A stretch of 20,000 nt of DNA from Catajapyx aquilonaris (taxonomy: Eukaryota): NCBI GenBank assembly GCA_000934665.2, contig JYFJ02001946.1, positions 46,488 through 66,487 of the forward strand, given 5' to 3'. The position numbers were made by a program, and so were the translations under genes. Under the pieces are notes generated by a model. It was not told the origin of the DNA, did no database searches, and saw only the letters and a program-made list of their open reading frames with translations. Below, one piece after another: positions 1 to 10,380 of this stretch. The first letter of the stretch is position 1, and every line of letters starts with the position of its first letter.

Positions 1-238
1 ACGCTCTGTACGAGCTCATTGGGCCTCCGGTTTGGGTTGGCAGGTCGGACACTACCCTGGGCGACTTTGACCTTGGCGAGATCGACTCATCTGCTTTGGT
101 TGACCCGACGACTCCGGAGGATGAGGGTCAGGATGAAGAGGTCGAAATGGGCGAGGAGGAGGAGGAGGAGGCGTCCGGTGTGATTATTGTTGACCCGGTC
201 GAAATCCCTATCTCGCGGGAATACCACTCAAGGATGAG
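1..238 (+). CDS. Acidic coding segment open from the window edge; candidate upstream exon of SPO11 or the 3' end of a separate gene
   Basis: Frame 3 is open from base 3: ALYELIGPPVWVGRSDTTLGDFDLGEIDSSALVDPTTPEDEGQDEEVEMGEEEEEEASGVIIVDPVEIPISREYHSRM. GC-rich relative to the flanks. Donor-like AG|GTGAGA at 238/239 is phase 2, matching the phase-2 SPO11 acceptor at 845/846. Confidence 0.45.
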
Positions 239-462
239 GTGAGAGGGGGAGGTCATTGACCTCTGCCACATAGTGTTCCATTGGAAGTGTCCGTCCCCTC
301 AGTGGCTACTAGGCTGCAGCTATTCTTGACACTATTAGCTTAGCTGATATTGGGTCTCAGCAAATGGCGTAGCCAGAAAAGCGGAGTCAGGTGCATTTAA
401 TGCAAAGTGAACATACCATATAGTAATATCACAGTGTAAATGTGTAATTAATGTGGCCTCTT

Positions 463-501
463 CAACAACAGCAGCAGCGGCAGCAGCAGCAGCAACAACA
501 G
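463..501. repeat. (CAA/CAG)n microsatellite
   Basis: caacaacagcagcagcggcagcagcagcagcaacaacag read directly. Confidence 0.95.
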
Positions 502-723
502 TAATAAACTACAGGATATTGATTAACCTTAGCATTAGTTTCCTGCATTTGTGAAAATGTATGCATCCTTTCCAGTATTGCAGAACAACAAATTCGTGAT
601 AATTGCAAATGCAAGTAGCCCATAAGATTAGTGTAAGTATAGCTGTACGAAAATAACAACTTAAAAATAAGCACCTTAATGCAAAAAATATTGCTATCCA
701 CTGCTGACACGTCCATATTTATT

Positions 724-732
724 ATGATGATG

Positions 733-786
<54 letters not shown>

Positions 787-787
787 G
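724..787. repeat. (GAT)n(GTT)n microsatellite
   Basis: About 17 GTT units preceded by GAT units. Confidence 0.97.
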
Positions 788-845
788 AAAGCCATGTACA
801 GTACATTCTCTTGCAGGAATAATAATGAGACCCTTACCGTTTCAG

Positions 846-2448
846 AAATGCTCCTGTGGTGGTGGCAACCATAGAAGAATTTGTGCTTAGTGTGGTGCAG
901 GCTTTCTCGGCCGGGACTGCTCCGGTTGTCATCGTGCAGAGCAGACTCTGCACCTGGGAGAATGGAGCCCCCACGTATGAGTGCAATGCCACAATATTAT
1001 GCCAAACATTTATCCCATTTATACTGTATACACAGCCCGTTTGGAAACGAACCTGCTGTACTGTACCACGCACGTCCCCGACACCTGTACATGTCCTTTA
1101 TATTGTTAAATTTCCCTTTTTCAGACCACTTCTTTCCCGAGTTTCTTTCGCAAGAACGCGGAGCAGGTGTCATTTTGCTCTCCTGATACATTACCTAGGT
1201 AAACTGCACGAGATTGCGCAGAAGAAAGAAATATGCACTCGCAGGTAATGTGTGAGAGCGGTATAAGTACGCATTCATTATTTCATGTGTTCAGTGCATC
1301 TCCTTCCTCCCAGGGAGTTTTTCTACCGGTCAGCCAGAATTTTTGGCAAGCAGATGGTAGTGGACATGCTGACCAGAGAGGCCAGTTTCGTGTTGAGGAT
1401 CCCAAGGGCTGCTCTTCCTCTTGTGGCCACTGCCAAAGGGCTTGTGGCTGGCGACCTCGTCTTCATGGACAACCAAGGGACAATCATCAACTGCAAGGAA
1501 GCCCAAGGGAGTATGTCTCCGTGCCAAGTACAGTTGCGGAATTGAAATTTTGAAATAATACCGGTATCTTATTATTAATTCACAGGTGTTCTCATACCGA
1601 GTGACATCGAAGGGATGATCGTGTTGCAGTCTGCAGCACGGTTTGTGCTTGTGATTGAGAAAGACGCTACCTTTCAGCACCTGATTGCTGAAAAATTCTT
1701 GGAGCAATGGGGGCCACTCATTATGATTACGGTACGTTTGCATTATGGGGTGTACCTTACTACATCTGCACAATCATACAAATTCCCTACCAATTATTTC
1801 GTCTCGCACGTCGCACTAACCTGGTCTCCGAACACTATAGACACCCATGTTGACTCTCTGGCTTTTCAGGGTAAAGGATATCCAGATTACGCCACCAGGA
1901 GATTTCTCCGGATTGTGTGGGACTACCTGCAGATTCCAGTGTTAGGACTGGCAGATGCTGATCCGTGTGGTGCTCACATACTCAGCATTTTTAAATGCGG
2001 CTCAGGCGTAAGTTTGTCATTTGGTCATACTGATACGCGGTATGACAGTAAGGTGATTTGTTATTTTGGGCAGGCCATGGCCTGTGATGTGGACGTGTTG
2101 GCCGTACCTTCCCTTTGCTGGCTGGGATTCCTTCCAGCAGATGTAGAGCATCTGAAGCTGCCCGAGACGGCCCTCATGCCCCTCACCGACAAGGACATAC
2201 AGGTTGCAAGAAGTTTGCTTCATGGCCCCTTGCAGCACATGCCTTCGTGGAAATTGCAGGTTAGTGCATTTGTGCAATGCTGTACATTCGACTGCATCGT
2301 CTGACCTTTTTTTTTCAATCGCCAGATCAAGAAACAGTTGGACCTAGGATGCAAAGCGGAGTTGGAAGGGTTGAGTTCGTTGTCGCCAAACTTCCTGGGC
2401 CTCAAGTATCTCCCGTTCAAACTGAAACATCAAGACTGGTTGGTGTAA
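846..2448 (+). CDS. SPO11: Meiotic recombination protein SPO11 (TopoVI-A-like transesterase), 5'-incomplete model of ~345 aa
   Basis: Exons 846-974, 1125-1244, 1314-1510, 1586-1731, 1870-2007, 2074-2259 and 2326-2448, all GT-AG and phase-compatible. Spliced protein has TRREFFY (catalytic Tyr, TAC 1324-1326), FGKQMVVD, ATAKGLVAG, FVLVIEKDATF (Toprim Glu), IMITGKGYPDYATRRFL, LADADPCG (DxD), WLGFLPAD, PLTDKD, KAELEGL and YLPFKL, collinear with animal SPO11. Confidence 0.97.
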
Positions 2449-2847
2449 AAAAAGTTGTACAAATTAGCATCGTTGATGTTAGTGCGACAGTGTTCACGTT
2501 ATGTTTGCTGCTGAAATTAGCAGTGTTGCGCCTTGAAAAAAAACATTATGTTTTGTTATGTCTTGGATTCATGTTGGATAATTTTTTTGCAATGAAAGTT
2601 TTGTTGTTCAGTCCCGCAGCCTTTTTTATTTCTGAAGGAGGGCCGCAGGAAAGTGCCAGAGGCGATGGAAAATCTATTGGATATGGTATAGCCCCCAGAG
2701 ATGTCAGGTTTCCATTAGCAAATTATGACACGAGAAGTTCTCATCTCACATTATTATTTTATTCTCATTCAATTATTGCTCTCTTAATCTATACTATAAT
2801 AATACTCAGTCCTAACACATCTAACATGTTATCATTCTGTTACTCTC

Positions 2848-2853
2848 AATAAA
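2848..2853 (+). promoter_or_regulatory. Candidate SPO11 polyadenylation signal
   Basis: First AATAAA found downstream of the stop at 2448. Confidence 0.4.
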
Positions 2854-4159
2854 TTCATTCTCTTGTCGTCGTATACGTATGTCGCTCAATGCTGCACTTC
2901 TTATCGCTGAGTCTCGAGCTCTTCTTTTTCTTCTCCTTGGCCTCCTTGGCCAGTCGGGGTGAGTCTGTTTGTGCACTTGTCCTCTCACAGCAACAGCTAC
3001 ATCATGTATCATAATAATCAACCAAGAACCAGTCGCTTTATTTCAGTCTCTTTTTTTTACTGCCCGCGAAGTCTTTTATCGCTTTTCCACGTCCTCGACA
3101 AATGGTAGCCTGCGTTCCCTCTGGCTTACAAGTTAGTCTGGTGTTTTATTGAGTTGCCTAGGTGTGGCACTCATTGACTCGTCACACTCTCCCCCTCGAT
3201 AAGGGCAGGTTGCCCTCGAATCTCGTGGAGTAGGCGACACGGGACTTGTCACTTCACTAACTTGTACCAGCACTTGCATATTTTTCAAAATTCCACAAAA
3301 TAAAACGCCGCAAAAAACATAGCACGTACAGTACATGTTCATTAACACATAGTGGATGGTGCGACAATATTCGGACATATTTTTGGTACCACTTTCCGTC
3401 CAATATGTGAATGTCAGATATCGTAGAAATATTTTTCATTGTCCATGGATGATAAACACTTTTAATTCCTTTGAAGAGAACAGTAAAACAGTTACGAGGC
3501 TCTCTGGAATCAATTATGTGGCATTTACTGTCGCTTTATGAGGTCCAATAAGTACCTGTAACACCCCATCTTATTTCATCTCTAAGAAACATGCAAATAC
3601 AAAACAGGAATCCTACAACGATATTTTCAACATCAAACCTTCAAAAAAATCATTGTTACAACAAATTCACAAGATGTATTATCAAGACAACATTCGGACA
3701 TGTGTTAGAACTGAGCATCTCAAAAATCACAAACAACATCTGTGCTCTTGTCGTGACTTACCTATATCATAAACAAACGAATAGTTGCCAATACAAGACA
3801 CAGTTTACTAAAAATGACCGAAAAAAGTACCGGTAATGCAAGTGTACAGTATAGATTTTGTTTTGAGTTGATTTTGAGTTGATTTCTTTGTATCTTTCCT
3901 ACCCCGAAGGCATGTCCGGCTTGGGAAACTCTGAGGTCATTAGTGTTGCCTGAGAGCCATGATTTTTTTTGTTCGCAGCATACTACACCCTCTTGCCTGA
4001 TTGATTCTTCGATTCGCTTCGATCCTTACCAATTACTTTGAATGCCCTACGCTCTCTCAAAAATTTTCTTCAATATTATATTGTCAAATCCCGCAAGATT
4101 TTAAAATTTGAACTTCGTGTTCGAAGATCCCTTTACCTTTTTTTTGTTCTGTATTAGCG

Positions 4160-4546
4160 TTAACCAAAGTGGAAGGTTGGTATTTCGATTTCTTCATTAT
4201 CTTGGTCCTTGAATTTAACCCACCCATTTTCCTTATCCTCCTGTACTCCAGCTCTTTCGCAAAAGTTTCCCCCCAAGATGGGGACTCCGTCATAGCCCTT
4301 CAATATGTGAAATTTTACCGCTCTCATTGACGTGCACCAAAAGAGCTGGAAAGTTCTAACCGCTGCTATTTCGTATGCTGTCCCTTTGACAAGCAAAATC
4401 GTACCTGTCAGCTCATCCATTTCGGTACCGATGTTCATAGCCTCCCAGCATCTGACCTCACGATCCGAGATGATCGAATACTCCACAGTGGTGTCGATAG
4501 TTAAACAAATGTTCAATTTTGCTTGAGCTGTAATAGCGGCTGACAT
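4160..4546 (-). CDS. 128-aa retropepsin (clan AA aspartic protease)-like orphan protein, paralogue A
   Basis: MSAAITAQAKLNICLTIDTTVEYSIISDREV...VKFHILKGYDGVPILGGNFCERAGVQED...FHFG. Matches the retropepsin pattern (hhhD[TS]G..S.IS, then ILG.[DN]F) but with DTT. Putative 5'UTR intron 4557-4668 (AAAG|GTACAG...tttcag). An intact paralogue of the same length lies at 10381-10767. Confidence 0.75.
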   Translation of the reverse strand: MSAAITAQAKLNICLTIDTTVEYSIISDREVRCWEAMNIGTEMDELTGTILLVKGTAYEIAAVRTFQLFWCTSMRAVKFHILKGYDGVPILGGNFCERAGVQEDKENGWVKFKDQDNEEIEIPTFHFG

Positions 4547-4849
4547 TTCTATTTTTCTGAAACAAACCCAACAAAAAAAATATGAATATCGCTTGTTCAA
4601 CACAGTTTTTTGTTGAGCAAGAAACCACCTTCGTTGCAATAATTATTCGAAAGTATAACATACTGTACCTTTTGAGATTCTCACTATTTTTGGTTTTTGT
4701 CCTTATAGGCAATGTTGTTAATTATTAACAAAATTATTCTATCCAGCTAAAGTTTCGTGGTGCGGATTTCACGACAGTCTCTCTGGATATGACCTGTAGG
4801 CCTATACCATATACGATAGGTATAGTTTCTCAATATCTATAAGCTTAGT

Positions 4850-4970
4850 AATTTTCTTTCTTTCTTTCTTTCATTCATTCTTCTATTCTTTCCTTTTTCT
4901 GTCTTTTCATTCTATTATTTTTAAATTTTTATTCCTTTCATTTCATTATTTCATTCTTCCCTTACCCTAT
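4850..4970. repeat. Pyrimidine-rich low-complexity tract (TTTC/TTCA)
   Basis: Direct inspection. Confidence 0.8.
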
Positions 4971-5206
4971 TCTACGCCGAATTACGTAAGTTATGCAACT
5001 CTTCTGTCGCATGTCCATTGTTCAAGGAGTGATAGCAAACCAAAAATAAATCTCCTTCGTAGAAATAAAAGATTTTATTGGCACCTAGCAACTGGGTTTA
5101 TCCCCCTCTTTCTAATGTGATCTAAATTGATCTTTTTTGGTTCACCGAAATTTCCTGTTATTGTTTTTATACCAACCTCATTTTCTCAATATCAATATTG
5201 CCATAT

Positions 5207-5354
5207 TCATCATCATCATCATCATCACCATCACCATCACCATCACCATCACCATCACCATCACCATTCACCACCATCATCATCATGATCATCATGATCA
5301 TCATCATCTTCTTCTTCTTATTCTTCTTGTTGCTGCTGTTGTTGTTGCTGTTGC
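5207..5354. repeat. Compound microsatellite (CAT)(CACCAT)(CAT/GAT)(CTT)(GTT/GCT) at the A/B junction
   Basis: Direct inspection; it runs straight into the start of unit B at gttgcaag. Confidence 0.95.
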
Positions 5355-5613
5355 AAGAGGTTTGCTTCATGGCTCCTTGCAGCTAGAGACTAGCAGCACA
5401 TGCCTTCATGGAAATTGCAGGTTAGTGCTGCATTTGTGCAATGCTGTATACATTCGAGTGCATCATCTGACCTTCATTATTTCGTCGCCAGATCAAGAAA
5501 CTGTTGGACCTAAGATGCAAAGCGAAGTTCGAAGGGTTGGGTCCTGTGTCGCCAAACTTCCTGGGCCTCAATACCTCCCGTTCAATCTGAATCATCAAGA
5601 CTGGTTATTGTAA
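5350..5613 (+). pseudogene. SPO11: SPO11 3' fragment (end of the penultimate exon, last intron, last exon)
   Basis: Copy of 2203-2448 that retains the intron, so a DNA-level duplication. It has a 14-nt insertion (ctagagactagcag), a 1-nt deletion (CTC AAG TAT to CTC AA TAC) and KAELE changed to KAKFE. Confidence 0.93.
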
Positions 5614-5979
5614 AAATGGCTGTACAAATTATTAGCACTGTTGATGTTAGTGCGACAGTGTTCATGTTATGTTTGCTGCTGAAATTAGCAGTGTCGCGCC
5701 TTGTAAAAAAAAGGCATTTTGTTTTGTTATGTGTTGGGTTTATGTTGGATTATTATTTTTTGCAATGAAGCCGTGTTGTTCAGCCCCGCAGCCTTTTTAT
5801 TTCTGAAGGAGGGCCGCAGGAAAGTGCCAGAGGCGATGGAAATTTCGATTCATCCAAACGAAGCCATCATAAAGGATCCAGAAACGAGAGAAAGCACTCC
5901 AACACTTATAATTCATAACTGAGTGCACAGCGACTGCTGCGGCTGGGAATACCTACGCTCTCGGCTTTGTATTGTTAGC

Positions 5980-6155
5980 GCTAGCTCAAAATGGTTGTAC
6001 TCATCATTCAAGCACAGTGAATGTGGAAGGGTCATACGAGAACAGCACACAAATGCTGTATAGAGGCTCGACAGTGTTGTCGAAGGGCTATTTGAGGCTG
6101 AAATTACGATATTGTGAGACGGGATGTGACAATGTAAAATGGCTCAGGCGCATTG
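5980..6155 (-). repeat. Partial, diverged, inverted copy of local module M
   Basis: tgaggctgaaattacgatattgtgagacgggatgtgacaatgtaaaatggctcagg aligns with 18718-18775 and with the reverse complement of 13060-13125 and 19300-19370. Confidence 0.7.
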
Positions 6156-8913
6156 ATGCTTGGTGGTAGAAAGATCATTCCTTCAATCAAATAAGAGCTT
6201 ATGAAAGTAGCCATCAATAATTGGATTTGGTCTAGCCCAGAGGAGTTTTAGGAGCAAATGATGACAAGACATCAGTGTTATTATCACACATTTATTTGCA
6301 TTATATCTTTCCGTTGCTTTCTTAACCTATAGGCTACTAATAATACCCAGTCCTAGCACATAACCCTCACATTATCTTTTACTCTCAATTTCCCTCTATT
6401 GTTGTCGTGTACGTCGCCCAACGCTGCACTTCTTATCACTGAAGCTTGAGTCTTCTGTTTCTTCTTCTTCATCATCATCTTCGTTCTTCTTGGCCCTCAT
6501 GGTCAGTCGGGGTTTCTGTTTGTCCATTTGTCTTGTCACAGCAACTGCTATTATAATAGCCAACGACCTGTCGCTTTATTTGTCTCATTTTTATAGCCCA
6601 CAAAGTCTTTTAGCACGTTGCCACAATCATCCTGGACACATTCACATGCTGACTTATCTGGTGGTCTGATGGACCCTCTGTAAGGACAGCTCACCCTCGA
6701 AACTGCACTTGTATCACATGCATTTTTAAAAAATCCACAAAAAACATCGCACGTACAGTACATGTCCATCTCCACATGGTGGATGGTTTGACGACATATG
6801 CTATTTTTGCGACGGTACCTCATTCAGTCCAATAATAATAAGTGAGCGTCAGATATTGTGGAGACATTTTTCCTTGCATTTTTCATTGTACATGGATGAT
6901 AAACACGTTTAATTCCTTTGAAATAGAACAGTAAAACAGTTATTAGGCTCTCTAAAATCTTTTATGTGGCCATTACTGTTGCTTTATGAGGTCCGATAAG
7001 TACCTGTAAGATCTCAACTTATTTAACCGTTAATAAACTTGCAAATATACAGTAAAATTACAACTTTAGAACCATTTTCAATATCAAGCATTCAAAGAAA
7101 TCCTCGTCACAAGAGGTTAACGATATCATTAATAACACAATATACGGACATGTGTTAGAACTGAGTAGGCCTATCTCAAAACTTAATCGCAATGAACATA
7201 ATTCTGTTCTCTAGACGTGACTTTACCACTCATAAACAAATAAATTATTTATCAATACAAGATATAATTTACTAAAATTACCGAAACAAGTAATGCAAGT
7301 ACAACATCGATATATATTTCGTTTTCACTTGTTTTTACATCCCATAACTAAGTTAAAACATGCAGCTTGATTAATGACAATGACAATAATTTTATCCATG
7401 TTGTAAATTCCTAATGTTATAATAATTCTTTTAAAACTAATATAAATACCAACTTGCGTTAACATCTGCTTCAATTAAATCAATAAAAATATACAGAATG
7501 AAGTTCAAAGTATTTATAAACCATACAATATCTCTGTGAGTCATAAACATACTGCCTGCAGTGTTACTTTTTCTGCATTACAGAATATAATAATTTGACT
7601 GCTTTTGAATTTAGTTTGTAAAGAGATCAATAAATCAATGAGGACATAACAGAATTTAAAAGTTACCCTTGGTATTAAACTATACCATGTTTGTTATGTG
7701 TGCTTAAAGATTTTTAAATTTCAAAAATTATAGCAGCCTAATAATTAACGCCTCCTCATCATTCTCGACTGTGTCGCAACATCATACGAAATCGGGTCTA
7801 AACTTTAGAATTTAACTGTCGAAACAATATTACCAAGTGTTTTCATCATGAGATTATCTTCTGGGAACAACATTTCAAAAATGTCTTCATCGTGAGAAGT
7901 ACAGTATGTTGTTACTTTCTGTCTTCCCAATTAAAGTTTCAATTCGTCCCCTTGTCGCTCATTAAATTTTAGCGTAATTATCTCTGCTTGGAAATGTAAC
8001 TGTTTGGAAAATAATGATAGCCTGTTTATGACTGATTCACATGCCCACAAAATATTAATATTTCCTTAACCCACATTAATATTTCGAAGAAAAAAAACAG
8101 CTACAGGCACTACACTACAGAAGACACTGTTACACTGCACTAATCAAAATTCTTCCAACTATCCCACTACAACTCAAAATACCCAAAAGCTATGTCTATA
8201 GAGGACAAGTTCAATACTTTGTCGTCCTGCACTATCTCCCCTGCTAAATAAGAAATTACTTGTGATAATAATAAATGGAGAATAATTATTCCACTATTCA
8301 ATATTTTGAGCTACTCTTGATAATCAGTATAATTATTTAAAAACTGACTTGAATTCACCTGTCATCAGATAACTTTACTAAATAAAATATCTTGGTTTCA
8401 TCCCCCCCCCCTTCTCTAAACCAGCATAAACTTCTCATTCCCGAGTTTTCCTCAAAAAATAATGAAAGAGATTATGCATTAGCAAGAGACCAAAAAGTAT
8501 AAGTTAACTATAAATATATTACCCTTCATTATTATGACTTCTGAATTTAACGAAGACTCATTGAGGAGTGCTCCCATAATGAGGACTCTTTCAGTCCGTC
8601 TGAAATATTGGTTCTGCTGGATATCTAAACCCGAGGGTTGGCATCCAGACGCACAGCAGTCAATTTTTGTGACGTATGCAGTTAATAATTTTTGCATGAC
8701 CATCTCCGAAAGTCCATCCAGCTAACAACACCGTAAAAGGGTGGTCAGATTGGAATGATGGTGCCTCAGCCCACTTCTTATAATGGAATCCGAGACAATG
8801 TGTAGAATCTGCTGAAGGAAGACATTATTTGACTGGCAGGATAGAGTTTGGCAATTTTAGGAAAGGGAAACACAGGATAAGCGATTCATTGCCAAGTTTA
8901 GAGTAACTCTGGA

Positions 8914-8940
8914 GTGGGGGGGGGGGGGGGCGGGGNTGGG
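8914..8940. repeat. Poly-G run containing an N
   Basis: Direct inspection; probably a low-quality base-call region. Confidence 0.9.
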
Positions 8941-9175
8941 AGTGATATCATAGGAAATGAAGAAGAACCAACCCAGTGATCGTTTATCAATACATTATTA
9001 TATAGTGTGGTTGATGAGCGATAATTGGGATGTATTTTATAATCCCACTGAATATTATTTTGTTGGTTGCACAAAAAATATCATTACATATTGGATCTAT
9101 GAATGATTCACTTGCCCTATTTACTCAAATCTAATGCGTGCTTTTTGGCATTAAAAATATTCGAAAATGAATGAA

Positions 9176-9850
9176 ATCAGTCTTACCATTAGGCATAAAG
9201 CATTCTACCATATAGGTAACATTTCACCACTTAAAACTAGAGGTGAGACTTAGATTTGCTGGCCACTTATATGTGAGCAAATACGGTATATTAAATTAAT
9301 GAAGGGAAAAAATTTTAACATAAAAACCAGTCTTGAACACACTGTTAATTCGAATCTAAGTCTCACTCTTTGGCTTTAAAAAGTCGGGCAAGAAATGGAT
9401 TCTAGCATATGTAACATTTTCACCACTTAAATCTAGGAGCGCGACTTACATTTGGGGGCGACTTGTATTTTTGAGCAAGTACGGTATATAAAATTAATGA
9501 AGGGGGAAAAAATCAAACTTAAAAAACAGTCTTGAACACATTGGGTGGAATTTTCTCCCCACTGCCAGTTACTGCTAACTTAGCGGTACCAACGAAAATT
9601 CGACCCATTAATTCGAATGTAAGTCGCACTTTTTGCATTTGGGGAAATAATGGGGATCAGTCTTAAAATGAGGTAGCATGCAAAGCATTTTACCATAGGT
9701 AACATTTCACCACTTAAAACTACTAGAGGTGCGACCTAGATTTGCTGGAGACTTATATTAGACTAAGCACGGTATACAAAATTAATGAAGGAAAAATCTA
9801 AGGCGCACTCTTTGGCTTTTAAAAGTCGGGAAAGAAAGGGGATAAGTCTT
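9176..9850. mobile_element. Three-copy tandem array derived from a Tc1/mariner (Tc2-like) MITE
   Basis: Units aacatttcaccacttaaa..gtg(a/c)gacttagattt..cttata..aaatacgg|TA start at ~9218, ~9413 and ~9701, with reciprocal ttcgaatctaagtc.cac segments. The ..CGACTTATA..AAATACGG+TA end resembles Tc2/Kanga-type TIRs (from recall, not searched). Confidence 0.65.
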
Positions 9851-10380
9851 TGTTTGCATTTTTGCAACATTTTGTGATATTAGTGATTATGATGCTGTTG
9901 AAGTGTTGCTCTGTGTTGGTCGGCCAAGTGTCCGTTGCTGCAGGCTGACCAAATCAAAATAAATAAAAGTTTGATGATGATGTATCACGTACCTATTTGT
10001 GTCCTCCGAAAAAAAAATATCTCCGCCCATCCCCGGCCCTGCAAAATTATCAACTTCAAACGTCACACACAAAAAAATCTGCTGTGCATGTGAATGCTAG
10101 CCCCAATTGTGGTTAGCTATCTTGTATGTTCCTGGATAACAAATAAGATAATAACAAAAGCAAATTGGTAATTAGTGTTTCCTGAAAGAAAGATATGGTT
10201 GCTTTTAATCACAATTAACTGCACTCTCTTGCCTGATTGATTATTCGATCCTTATAAAAATTTCTTTTAATGCACAACACTCTCAGAATTTTACTTCACT
10301 GGTTAAATCTCACACTTTAAATAATTTTAAAAAACTGAATTTTGTTTTTGTCCCTTTGTCATTTTCTCTCAGTATTCGTT

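Larger units (their letters stand above)
2203..5155 (+). repeat. Tandem segmental duplication, unit A (partner ~5350-11175)
   Basis: Collinear matches: 2203-2672 with 5350-5842; 2690-3845 with 6233-7300; 3990-4745 with 10225-10950; 4975-5155 with 11080-11175. Confidence 0.92.

Noticed and set aside
462..806. 114-aa minus ORF with poly-Thr and poly-Cys
   Set aside because: Artefact of two microsatellites.
811..816. Alternative SPO11 acceptor ttgcag at 816
   Set aside because: Followed by in-frame TAA at 820-822; the acceptor at 845 fits.
1315..1326. REFFY instead of vertebrate RDIYY as a sign of catalytic loss
   Set aside because: The second, catalytic Tyr is present, and budding yeast Spo11 also has F-Y here.
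2277..2852. 191-aa + ORF
   Set aside because: Off-frame overlap of the SPO11 last intron, exon and 3' flank; not preserved in unit B.
2821..3021. Arg-rich protamine-like ORF (PRRPRRRKRRAR)
   Set aside because: The homologous frame in unit B has stops; it arises from a purine-rich low-complexity tract.
5137..5613. His/Thr/Asp-rich ORFs
   Set aside because: Microsatellite translation running into the SPO11 pseudogene fragment.
8479..8830. Short ORFs with a CRIC motif, possibly viral or TE relic
   Set aside because: No recognisable domain or consistent frame.
9176..9850. CRISPR-like array
   Set aside because: Eukaryotic context; long degenerate units without unique spacers; no cas genes.
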